From the NCBI GenBank assembly GCA_039030515.1, contig JBCCEA010000021.1:1-64000 (forward strand): a stretch of DNA of 64,000 nucleotides, in the 5' to 3' direction. This DNA comes from Myxococcota bacterium. GTDB taxonomy: Bacteria; Myxococcota_A; Polyangia; Polyangiales; Houyiibacteriaceae. The notes under the pieces were generated by a model. It worked only from the letters and a program-made list of their open reading frames with translations. It was not told the origin of the DNA and did no database searches. Both the position numbers and the translations under genes were made by a program. Shown in pieces: positions 39,772 to 47,634 of the stretch (position 1 is the stretch's first letter; every line of letters starts with the position of its first letter).

Positions 39772-40173
39772 TCAGTTAGGGGACTTGGAGCTCTGTTTTT
39801 TTGGCTTAGGCTTAGCCTTAGCTTTGGTTTCGGGCTTCGACGATTTGGACTCAGGCTTGGAAGCATCGCCGGCAGAGTTCTTGGATTCACTCTTGGGGCT
39901 TCCTTCGGTACTGGAGGACGAGTCTGCGCTTGACGAGTCTGCACTCGGAGCACTGGTTGTTTCACCCTCAGACGTGCTCTGATTGGACGGGCCGCTGTAC
40001 AGATCAGAATACCATCCGCCCCCTTTGAGGATGAAGCCGCTGCTCTGACTAATGAGCCGACGCACCTTTCGTTTGCCGCAGATGGGGCAGACTTTGATAG
40101 CCGCGTCTTTTATCGACTGCTCTTGCTCAAACTCTTGACCGCAGGCATCGCAAGCATACTCGTACGTGGGCAT
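39772..40173 (-). CDS. FmdB-family zinc-ribbon protein
   Basis: [12 protein letters not shown]...CPICG....RLIS...F.LKGGGWY, Ser/Lys-rich tail. Confidence 0.9.
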   Translation of the reverse strand: MPTYEYACDACGQEFEQEQSIKDAAIKVCPICGKRKVRRLISQSSGFILKGGGWYSDLYSGPSNQSTSEGETTSAPSADSSSADSSSSTEGSPKSESKNSAGDASKPESKSSKPETKAKAKPKPKKQSSKSPN

Positions 40174-40225
40174 GAACTTCTCCCAAAGGCTCCAAACAAA
40201 ACGGCTTTGTAACGCTGTTCGGCGA

Positions 40226-40253
40226 AAAGTAAGCGGCCCTGCGCCGGTGTCAA
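40226..40253 (-). promoter_or_regulatory. Probable sigma70 promoter of the zinc-ribbon gene
   Basis: Minus strand TTGACA-N16-TACTTT. Confidence 0.55.
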
Positions 40254-40355
40254 GGGGTCAAGGCGCTCCATCGGACGCGGTCTCGAGACGATGTTCCCGG
40301 TAGCTCGGAGCTGCCGCATTGCAGACGTGGCCCAAATACCCACTCGCATCCGCCC

Positions 40356-41159
40356 TTAGCTCTCGCTCGCTCCCAACTCTCGCGTCTTCAGTTCCTCGAG
40401 CGCTGCTTCGAGTTCCGCCATCTCTGCTGCTTCGGGATCTGTTTCTTCTATGCGGGCCTCGACCGCCACGGTAGGAGCGTCATCCTGCACCATGCCCATT
40501 TTCCGTTTCAACGCGGCAAGCTCTTGCGCGGCGCTGGCGGTGGCCTCGAGTGATGCGAACTTGCTTTCGAGCGTGCCCCCGGTCTGCTGCTCACTGAGCT
40601 CAACGCTGGCTTCGGCTTCGGCCTCAATCTGATCGATTTGATTGGCCATTCTGTCGAATGTATCAAACGCGCTTGTGTCCGAGAGACCGCTCATCGTCTC
40701 GTGGATACTCTTCATCGCCTCCGCCCGACGTTTGCGCGTGATGAGCACGTTCTTTTTACGCTTTGCTTCCTCAATCTTGTCGCCTAGCGCCCGCAACGCG
40801 GTCTTGAGCTGTTCCGTCGCGCTTCTTTGTTTTTCCCACTGTTCGCTCAGCTGATCTGCAAGCTGAGCGTGCTCCTTCTTGCGGCCAAGCGCCTCTTTGG
40901 CGAGATCGTCTTCCCCTGCCTGAATCGCTAGAATCGCCTTTCGCTCCCAGTCTTCTGCCGTGCCCAGCTGGCTTTTGTATTGTTTCTGAAGGCGTTTCTC
41001 ATCGGCGATCGCCACCGCAACCTGTTTCTTGGCTTCAGTCAGCTGTTGATTCATTTCGAGGATGACCTGATTGAGCATCTTTTCGGGATCTTCAGCCCGA
41101 TTGATCAAGTCGTTTAGGTTGCTCTTGATAAGCTGAGCGAGTCGGCCAAAAAACCCCAT
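40356..41159 (-). CDS. pspA: PspA/IM30 (ESCRT-III-like) protein
   Basis: MGFFGRL..LIKSNLN.LI..AEDPEKML.Q, W..KA..A...G.DDLAKEAL, FDRM. Confidence 0.93.
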   Translation of the reverse strand: MGFFGRLAQLIKSNLNDLINRAEDPEKMLNQVILEMNQQLTEAKKQVAVAIADEKRLQKQYKSQLGTAEDWERKAILAIQAGEDDLAKEALGRKKEHAQLADQLSEQWEKQRSATEQLKTALRALGDKIEEAKRKKNVLITRKRRAEAMKSIHETMSGLSDTSAFDTFDRMANQIDQIEAEAEASVELSEQQTGGTLESKFASLEATASAAQELAALKRKMGMVQDDAPTVAVEARIEETDPEAAEMAELEAALEELKTRELGASES

Positions 41160-41172
41160 CCGTTGCTCCTAA

Positions 41173-41571
41173 TCAGGCTTGGCTACGAAAACGAGCCAAG
41201 GTTTCGTAGTGGTTGGTAAGGGCCAGGGAGAAGTCGTCAAGCGTGCCTTGAAACTCAGAGTAGTCGAGATGCTCGATTCGGAGGGTACAGGTAAGCACGA
41301 CATTGCCATCCGAAACTCCGTAAGCGCCGTGCACCATGTCTTCGGCATTCCACTGGAGAAGTTGCGCGTACAGAGCGGGCTCTTCCGCCACCGTAGATAG
41401 CTCGAGGACCTTGACTCGAAAGAGAACAAGTGGGCCGTCGAGCCGTACTACGATTCTCTCTCCTGAAGCCCGCCCTTCCAGCAGCCACATGGCGTCTCCA
41501 TCTTTTCCAACCTCTTGGTGGGGAAGCCCGCTACGCATCAGATATGATTCAATATCTTCTCGTGTGTGCAT
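41173..41571 (-). CDS. YbjN/CesT-like chaperone-fold protein
   Basis: GGAG RBS before ATG 41571; LYAQLLQWNA.DMVHGAYGV....VVL...L....LD..EF. Confidence 0.75.
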   Translation of the reverse strand: MHTREDIESYLMRSGLPHQEVGKDGDAMWLLEGRASGERIVVRLDGPLVLFRVKVLELSTVAEEPALYAQLLQWNAEDMVHGAYGVSDGNVVLTCTLRIEHLDYSEFQGTLDDFSLALTNHYETLARFRSQA

Positions 41572-41641
41572 CTTCTCTCCGAAAGGGAACGGGGCCTCAG
41601 ACCTTAAGCTGAGCCGACCTGGAACTGCTGGAGGAGTGTGT

Positions 41642-42541
41642 TCATGCTTCCTCATCTCCAGCAGGATTGGCGAGCTTTCTCGTCCAAAGAATCGCGTCTT
41701 TTCGTTCCTCACCGATCAACATCGCTTTTGCAAGCAAACCAGTCTTTCGGTAGCCAGCTGCGAGGAAACTGGTCGAGAGCGCCACATCGTCCGAGGGGGC
41801 AAAGGAGAATGCGCTAACGATACCTCGCGCTTTGAGCTCCTCACCGATATCCCTTAGACCTCCAGTGAGTGCGTGCACTTCACTTTCTTCTTTAGGAGTC
41901 CTCAGTACTTCCATCAGAGAGTGTCCGAAACAGTCCTGAAATTCGATGGAGATAAAGTTGGGTTTCGCCTTCTTGTACGCGACGCTGTAGTGCGCTCTCT
42001 CTGCGTCCCGTCCAAAAGGGTCAAACGTGCCGATTGCGGAAAGTCGCTTCCACTGCTGGTCGCGAGCAGAAAGCGCTTCTTTTTCTTCGGCAATATCGAG
42101 CTTGACCTTCAGCTCCTCGGGAACGTTCTTCAATTCTTTCTTGGCGGCGTTGATCGTTCGCTCCGAAAGCTTGACGTCCGATTCGGTGAGTTCCTCGGAG
42201 GCAGTGCGGCTTCCGATAACGCATCCGCAAAGATGGCCGTCGCTTCGCTTATAAAATCCAGGGATGGTCCCTTCTCGAACAAAACCAACCCGAGTCCAGG
42301 AGGAGACTTCATCTTTCTCGACGAGCGTGATCACTTTGTGGACCTGCTCACGTTTGGCTACCGACTGGATATAAAGTCGCTTTGCCGGGAGCGCTCCGGC
42401 ACGAAAGTCGATGACGCGAATGGAGCGCGTCCTCCGATTCAGTACGAGGCAAAGATATGCGCTCTCCGATCGAAAGTAGAGCTCTTCTACGGTAGGAAGC
42501 GACTCCTTCGATTTAGGCTTCGCCTTTGCTGTGCGGACCAA
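41642..42541 (-). CDS. Tandem-GNAT protein resembling beta-lysine N-acetyltransferase AblB
   Basis: IRVIDFR, KVI, GF.REG.IPGFY...DG in the N-half; ELKARGI.SAF..A...GY...G.L.....IG.....ILW.RKL in the C-half. Confidence 0.55.
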   Translation of the reverse strand: MVRTAKAKPKSKESLPTVEELYFRSESAYLCLVLNRRTRSIRVIDFRAGALPAKRLYIQSVAKREQVHKVITLVEKDEVSSWTRVGFVREGTIPGFYKRSDGHLCGCVIGSRTASEELTESDVKLSERTINAAKKELKNVPEELKVKLDIAEEKEALSARDQQWKRLSAIGTFDPFGRDAERAHYSVAYKKAKPNFISIEFQDCFGHSLMEVLRTPKEESEVHALTGGLRDIGEELKARGIVSAFSFAPSDDVALSTSFLAAGYRKTGLLAKAMLIGEERKDAILWTRKLANPAGDEEA

Positions 42542-42737
42542 ACTGCACCCCCCTGGCAATAGGATTCGGACGGGTTGCGAAGCTACGAAATACGCGAGGG
42601 GCTGTCAATGGAGCCGCATTCCGGTAGATCGAAGCGGCTGGAGGAGCGCCGCAGCAAGCCACTCCCTGCCTGATGGTCGCTGTCTTGAAGCCGCTCAACC
42701 GACGGGCGCCTTCACGCTACTGCACTATGCTTCGGCG

Positions 42738-43343
42738 GTGGACCCATCGCCCTCACATCCTCCCAAGCAGACCATCCGGTCGATGGTGCTTTTTTCGGCG
42801 GCTTTGAGTTTTATCGGCACGTGCGGCATTCAGCGAGGCATCACCGACATCGATCCGCCCCCGACACCCGAGGCCACTGAGTCTCAGAGCGAGCTTGAGG
42901 CCGCCAATCACAATACGGTAGCTGCCATTGCGGAGACGACGTTCAGCGCCCCTTGGCGCGCAAAACTCGGTGCAATGAACATCGTCCTAAGCTTCATGCT
43001 GATCGCGGCCGCCATCCTACTCGCCACCCGCAGCAGACATGCGATCTGGTGGACCCAACAAAGCTTGATCGCCAACGCACTGTGGACGGTGGCCGACATG
43101 ACATCGATTGCCCAGTCCATGCTTGAGGCGAAGCCCGAGCTCGTTGACCTACTCACCGTCCAGGCCCACCTCACCGATCCGGATACGGACAGCGCGTTCA
43201 TGGCGAACACGAGCTATTGGCTTTTTGTTGCCTCGATTGTCATCGCCGGTATCGCTCGCCTACTCGTCTACGTCTACGCGGCCTTCTGGCTTCGACGCAG
43301 TGAAGTTCAGACCCTTATTCCGCCGACCAACGAGACGCCCTAG
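42738..43343 (+). CDS. Hypothetical 4-TM membrane protein
   Basis: Four hydrophobic segments; start uncertain. Confidence 0.65.
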   Translation: MDPSPSHPPKQTIRSMVLFSAALSFIGTCGIQRGITDIDPPPTPEATESQSELEAANHNTVAAIAETTFSAPWRAKLGAMNIVLSFMLIAAAILLATRSRHAIWWTQQSLIANALWTVADMTSIAQSMLEAKPELVDLLTVQAHLTDPDTDSAFMANTSYWLFVASIVIAGIARLLVYVYAAFWLRRSEVQTLIPPTNETP

Positions 43344-43373
43344 TGGGGGCATCCACCACCCCCCAGCACGCCT

Positions 43374-44021
43374 CCAGCGGGCCTATGTCGGCCCAAACAG
43401 CTGCTTTCCTCCCATGCTCGGAGCTTGAAGTAGCCAAACTACTCCTGCGCTCCTCTGCTTCCGGGGCGCTGGCTGTTTGAACCAACCTAGGCCCCCTGGG
43501 TGGTGGTGGTCTCTAGGCCCAAACAGCTGCTTTCCTCCCATGCTCGTCCCTTGAAGTAGCCAAACTACTCCTGCGCTCCTGTGCTTCCGGGGCGCTGGCC
43601 GTTCAAACCCATCGAGACGCGCTGGGCCGAGGAGGAGGGTACGAATGGGTACCTGACGACGACGAGCGAAGAGGAAGCGGCTGGTTGGGCCGACATACGC
43701 GTGCCCAGCGGGCCTAGGTTGGTTCAAACAGCTAGCGCCCCCGTGGCGAGGAGGAGGAGGGTACTTAAGGTACCTGACGACGACGAGCGAAGAGGAAGCA
43801 GCTGTTTGGGCCGACATACGCGTGCCCAGCGGGCCTAGGTTGGTTCAAACAGCTAGCGCCCCCGTGGCGAGGAGGAGGAGGGTACTTAAGGTACCTGACA
43901 ACGACGAGCGAGGAGGAAAGCAGCTGTTTGGGCCGACATAGGCCCGCTGGGAGGAAGCAGCTGTTTGGGCCAACCTAGACCCGCTGGGAGGAAGCGGCTG
44001 GTTGGGCCGACATAGACCCGC
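43374..44021. repeat. Cluster 2 of the same hairpin repeat family, copies in both orientations
   Basis: 43374-43499 and 43509-43618 oriented as in cluster 1; 43704-43824 and 43825-43951 (121-bp tandem) inverted; partial arms at about 43620-43700 and 43951-44021. Confidence 0.92.
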
Positions 44022-44023
44022 CT

Positions 44024-44764
44024 TTAGAAGGAGACGCGACGCATAATCATACGAGGCAACCACCGAATCACGCCCATCACGGCGCCCCATATGGCGGGCG
44101 TATAGACGACAGGGTGGCCGCGGTCGATTCCGCGAAGTACGGGCCCGACAGTATCTTCCGGGTCTGCGGAAAAAGGCGGTTGCGCAAGACCTGCCGTCAT
44201 CGAGGTACGGATGAATCCCGGCTTGACGTTGACTACTTTGAGCCCCTCCGAACGATAGCGGTGATCCAATCCTTCGAGGTAGTGAGAAAGACCCGCCTTT
44301 GAGGCGCCGTAGAGCACCACCGGCTTGCGACCACGATCTCCTGCTACCGAGCTAAAGACGCAGATCGTACCGCCACCAGAGGCCAAAAGCCGGCGACGCA
44401 GCGCTTCACAGAACAAAATCGTATTGGTGAAGTTGGTCGTGAGCACCTGGGCAAGTCGATCTTGATCGCACTCCAACTGCTTTTGGGTTCCAAACAGCCC
44501 GGCCGTCACAACTGCAGTATCGATACCGCCAAGAAACGCCTCTGCCTCAGAGAGCGCCGAATCGAAGCACTCCGGCTTCAACAAGTCACAAACGGCAGTG
44601 CCGATCTTGGCGGCTCCACCGCGAATCCGTAGATCGTCGGCGCTACGCTCAAGATCGGCCTGTTGACGACCTAGCAAGACGATCGCGTCGCCGCGCTCCG
44701 CCATAGCTCGAGATATTGCGCGTCCCATACCGCGGGTTGCACCAAGAAATACCACGCGTCCCAT
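44024..44764 (-). CDS. Short-chain dehydrogenase/reductase, DprE2-like
   Basis: GATRGMG, SSVAGDRGR...LYGASKAG (YxxxK), KPGFIRTSMT; directly follows the DprE1-like gene. Confidence 0.85.
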   Translation of the reverse strand: MGRVVFLGATRGMGRAISRAMAERGDAIVLLGRQQADLERSADDLRIRGGAAKIGTAVCDLLKPECFDSALSEAEAFLGGIDTAVVTAGLFGTQKQLECDQDRLAQVLTTNFTNTILFCEALRRRLLASGGGTICVFSSVAGDRGRKPVVLYGASKAGLSHYLEGLDHRYRSEGLKVVNVKPGFIRTSMTAGLAQPPFSADPEDTVGPVLRGIDRGHPVVYTPAIWGAVMGVIRWLPRMIMRRVSF

Positions 44765-44787
44765 CGTCTTCCTCTCGCTGCTGGGGA

Positions 44788-46191
44788 CTAGCGCTCGGGG
44801 TCCTTGAGCAGCCGAACAGATTGACGGCTCCGAAACACCCGCTCGGGATCCCACTGGTCTCGAATACGATTGAACTCTTCCAGACGAGGTTCCATCGCAT
44901 GAAAATGTTCTGACAGCGTCAGTGTATCCTTCGTCAGATACATCCGGCCGCCCTCTTTGAGCACCTGTTCATTCAGGTCGTTGATCGCCTCCTGAATCCC
45001 GTCTCCAAGAGGTATGTCGAGCGCGATGCTCATCCCCGGCTTGGGAAAAGACAAGACGCCCTCTCCCTCAGCGCCACAGTCCTTGATCACGGCGAGGGGA
45101 GAAGCGCAACCGTGCTCGGTCAGGATCTCGAGCACCCTTCTCGCAGAACCAGGACCCGCTTCCCGAGGAAGGACGCACTGATACTGGGTAAATCCTCGCG
45201 GACCATAAACCCGATTCCAGTGTTGAATCGCGTCCAGCGGGTAAAAAAATTGAAGCGGATCTACGAGCGCCGAACGTTTTGGGGGGAAATGAGCTCGGTA
45301 GTACATTTCGTTGAATAGCGCGACGGAGCTTCGTCCGAGAGCCCAGTTGGGAAACTCAAACGGTAGGGTGGGACGCGCTAGAGCCTTTGGAGACTGCTTC
45401 GGTGCCTCTCCCGCTTCTGCCCAGCGACCTTGAATAAGAATGCCTCGCCCGATGTCTTTGCCGTTTTTGCTGCGTTTGACGCAATCGATCCAACCTACGG
45501 TCATCGGCCATTCTTTTGCGGCCTCGATGAGCGCATCCTGGAACACATCGATATTCGGTATACGTTTGGTCTCCTGGTAGATCCACGGACTGGGAATGCG
45601 ACGCATTTTCAGTTCGACTTCGAGGATATGCCCGGTCAAGCCCATGCCGCCAACGGTGGCCCGAAAGAGATCTTCGTGTTCTTGCCGGCTGCACCAGAGC
45701 ACCCGTCCATCGGCTACCTGCATGCGCAACCGAATGACGTGTGCACCGATGCAGCCGTCGACATGGTGGTTCTTGCCGTGGATGTCCGAGGCGACCATGC
45801 CCCCCAGAGTGACGAAGGCGGTCCCGGGAGATACCGGCGTGAACCAACCTCTCGGCAAGAAGAGGCGATTCATCTCGGCAAGGGAAAGGCCAGACTCGGC
45901 GAGCAACAGGCCGGTTGCCTCGTCGAAAGAGAGCAGCCTGTCGGCTCGAGTCGTGTTGAGGGCCACGGGACGGTCCGCGGGTGGCAGGGAGGAGTCGCCG
46001 TAAGAGCGACCTAGACCCCGAGCGATCGGTGCGATCGGAGAAGTAACGAGATTTTCAGGAGTCACTTCGCGGGCTTCGACAGCGACTCGCCCCCAGCCCG
46101 CAAGGGTGCTGCGCTTCCCCTCCCCTGCCGACGGTTCGTCGTTTGATCGTGCGCCATCTGCTCTTGCGCTGTGGGTGGACGGGCTTGCCAT
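44788..46191 (-). CDS. FAD-binding oxidoreductase, DprE1-like
   Basis: RGLGRSYGD, PGTAFVTLGG..ASDIHGKNHH, FFYPLD, WNRVYG..GF.QYQ, LSFP, GGRMYL.KD. Confidence 0.88.
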   Translation of the reverse strand: MASPSTHSARADGARSNDEPSAGEGKRSTLAGWGRVAVEAREVTPENLVTSPIAPIARGLGRSYGDSSLPPADRPVALNTTRADRLLSFDEATGLLLAESGLSLAEMNRLFLPRGWFTPVSPGTAFVTLGGMVASDIHGKNHHVDGCIGAHVIRLRMQVADGRVLWCSRQEHEDLFRATVGGMGLTGHILEVELKMRRIPSPWIYQETKRIPNIDVFQDALIEAAKEWPMTVGWIDCVKRSKNGKDIGRGILIQGRWAEAGEAPKQSPKALARPTLPFEFPNWALGRSSVALFNEMYYRAHFPPKRSALVDPLQFFYPLDAIQHWNRVYGPRGFTQYQCVLPREAGPGSARRVLEILTEHGCASPLAVIKDCGAEGEGVLSFPKPGMSIALDIPLGDGIQEAINDLNEQVLKEGGRMYLTKDTLTLSEHFHAMEPRLEEFNRIRDQWDPERVFRSRQSVRLLKDPER

Positions 46192-46336
46192 GACCGCGAT
46201 ATAGCACTTTCGATCGCTGATTCAGAGTTCCGAGCAGCGCTTTTGGGGGGATGTTCCAGACGGCAAACACGCTGCAGACGCTTCGCCCTTTTCGATCGAT
46301 GTGTACACCTCGATCTATGTGTGCACCGGGCTGAAC

Positions 46337-47497
46337 TTACAGCAGTTCGGCAAGCTCTTCGGCTCGGTCGGTCCGCTCCCAAGTGAAGGTTTCCTCAGTC
46401 CGTCCGAAATGGCCGTACGCCGAGGTGGGACGGTAAATCGGTCGGAGCAGGTCGAGCGTCTCGATGATCGCGCCAGGTCTGAAGTCAAATGCTTCCGACA
46501 CCGCTTTGGATATCTTTTCGTCGGGGATCTTGCCGGTTCCGAACGTCGTCACAAACACGCCCATCGGCTTCGCTACTCCGATGGCGTAGGCCACCTGCAC
46601 TTCCGCTCGGGTCGCGAGTCCCGCCTTGACGATATTTTTCGCGACGTATCGCGCGAAATAGCATGCGCTCCGGTCGACCTTGGTTGGGTCTTTGCCGCTG
46701 AACGCACCGCCCCCGTGACGTCCCATGCCTCCGTAGGTGTCGACGATGATTTTTCGACCGGTAAGACCTGCATCGCCGTGCGGTCCTCCGATAACGAAGC
46801 GTCCGGTGGGATTGATCCAGAACTTGGTCTTGCTATCGACCATGGCCTTCGGAAGAACGGGGAGGATCACTTCCTCTCTGATCGCAGAGGTGATCTCCTC
46901 ATGCTTCATCTCAGCCGCATGCTGCGTAGACAGCACCACCGCATCGATGCGGGCGGGCATACCCTCTGCGTCGTATTCCACCGTAACCTGGGCCTTACCG
47001 TCGGGTCGACACCAGGGAAGCGTCCCGTTCTTTCGGACCTCGGAAAGCCTTCGCGCGAGCCTATGCGCAAGATCGATGGGCATCGGCATCAAGGTTTGGG
47101 TCTCGCTGCAGGCGTAACCGAACATCAGACCCTGGTCTCCAGCGCCCTGTTCTTGGTAGAGCCCGCTTCCTTCGGTCACGCCCTGAGCAATATCGGGCGA
47201 TTGGGACTCGATCGCGGCGAGTACGGCGCACGTGCTGCCGTCAAATCCCATCGAGGAATCCGTGTAGCCGATGCCTAAAATCGTATCTCGCACCAGGCTC
47301 GGAATATCGACGTAGGCATCCGTTGTGATCTCACCCGCGACGATCGCATACCCGGTCTTGACCATCGTCTCGCAGGCCACCCGGGCGACCGGATCTTTTG
47401 CCAGAATCGCATCGAGAATCGCATCGCTGATGGCGTCACAGATCTTGTCTGGATGCCCCTCGGTCACCGATTCGGAGGAAAACACGTAGCCAGCCAT
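46337..47497 (-). CDS. metK: S-adenosylmethionine synthetase
   Basis: [57 protein letters not shown]. Confidence 0.97.
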   Translation of the reverse strand: MAGYVFSSESVTEGHPDKICDAISDAILDAILAKDPVARVACETMVKTGYAIVAGEITTDAYVDIPSLVRDTILGIGYTDSSMGFDGSTCAVLAAIESQSPDIAQGVTEGSGLYQEQGAGDQGLMFGYACSETQTLMPMPIDLAHRLARRLSEVRKNGTLPWCRPDGKAQVTVEYDAEGMPARIDAVVLSTQHAAEMKHEEITSAIREEVILPVLPKAMVDSKTKFWINPTGRFVIGGPHGDAGLTGRKIIVDTYGGMGRHGGGAFSGKDPTKVDRSACYFARYVAKNIVKAGLATRAEVQVAYAIGVAKPMGVFVTTFGTGKIPDEKISKAVSEAFDFRPGAIIETLDLLRPIYRPTSAYGHFGRTEETFTWERTDRAEELAELL

Positions 47498-47527
47498 CAA
47501 TTCTCCTAAGCGCAGGGCGAGCTTGAA

Positions 47528-47556
47528 GTAGTAAGAGGCCGATTCCGCGATGTCAA
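47528..47556 (-). promoter_or_regulatory. Probable sigma70 promoter of metK
   Basis: Minus strand TTGACA-N17-TACTAC, about 30 nt before the ATG. Confidence 0.55.
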
Positions 47557-47634
47557 CACCGGAGCTCTGGAAGGCCATGTAGCCGAGCCGCCTGCTTGGA
47601 TTTCAGCGGAAAGTTCGAATCTCAGCGAGAGACT

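Noticed and set aside
43383..44090. Short ORFs across the repeat clusters (also 39252-39982, 23376-23858, 61-579)
   Set aside because: Translations of non-coding repeats or antisense overlaps; no RBS or family signal.
46301..47278. Long antisense ORFs (also 53975-54964, 48109-49011, 2244-2951, 13116-13856)
   Set aside because: They shadow well-supported genes on the other strand, as expected from GC-rich codon bias, and show no motifs.
47498..47634. SAM riboswitch upstream of metK
   Set aside because: The likely promoter sits about 30 nt from the ATG, leaving no room, and no SAM-I core is visible.
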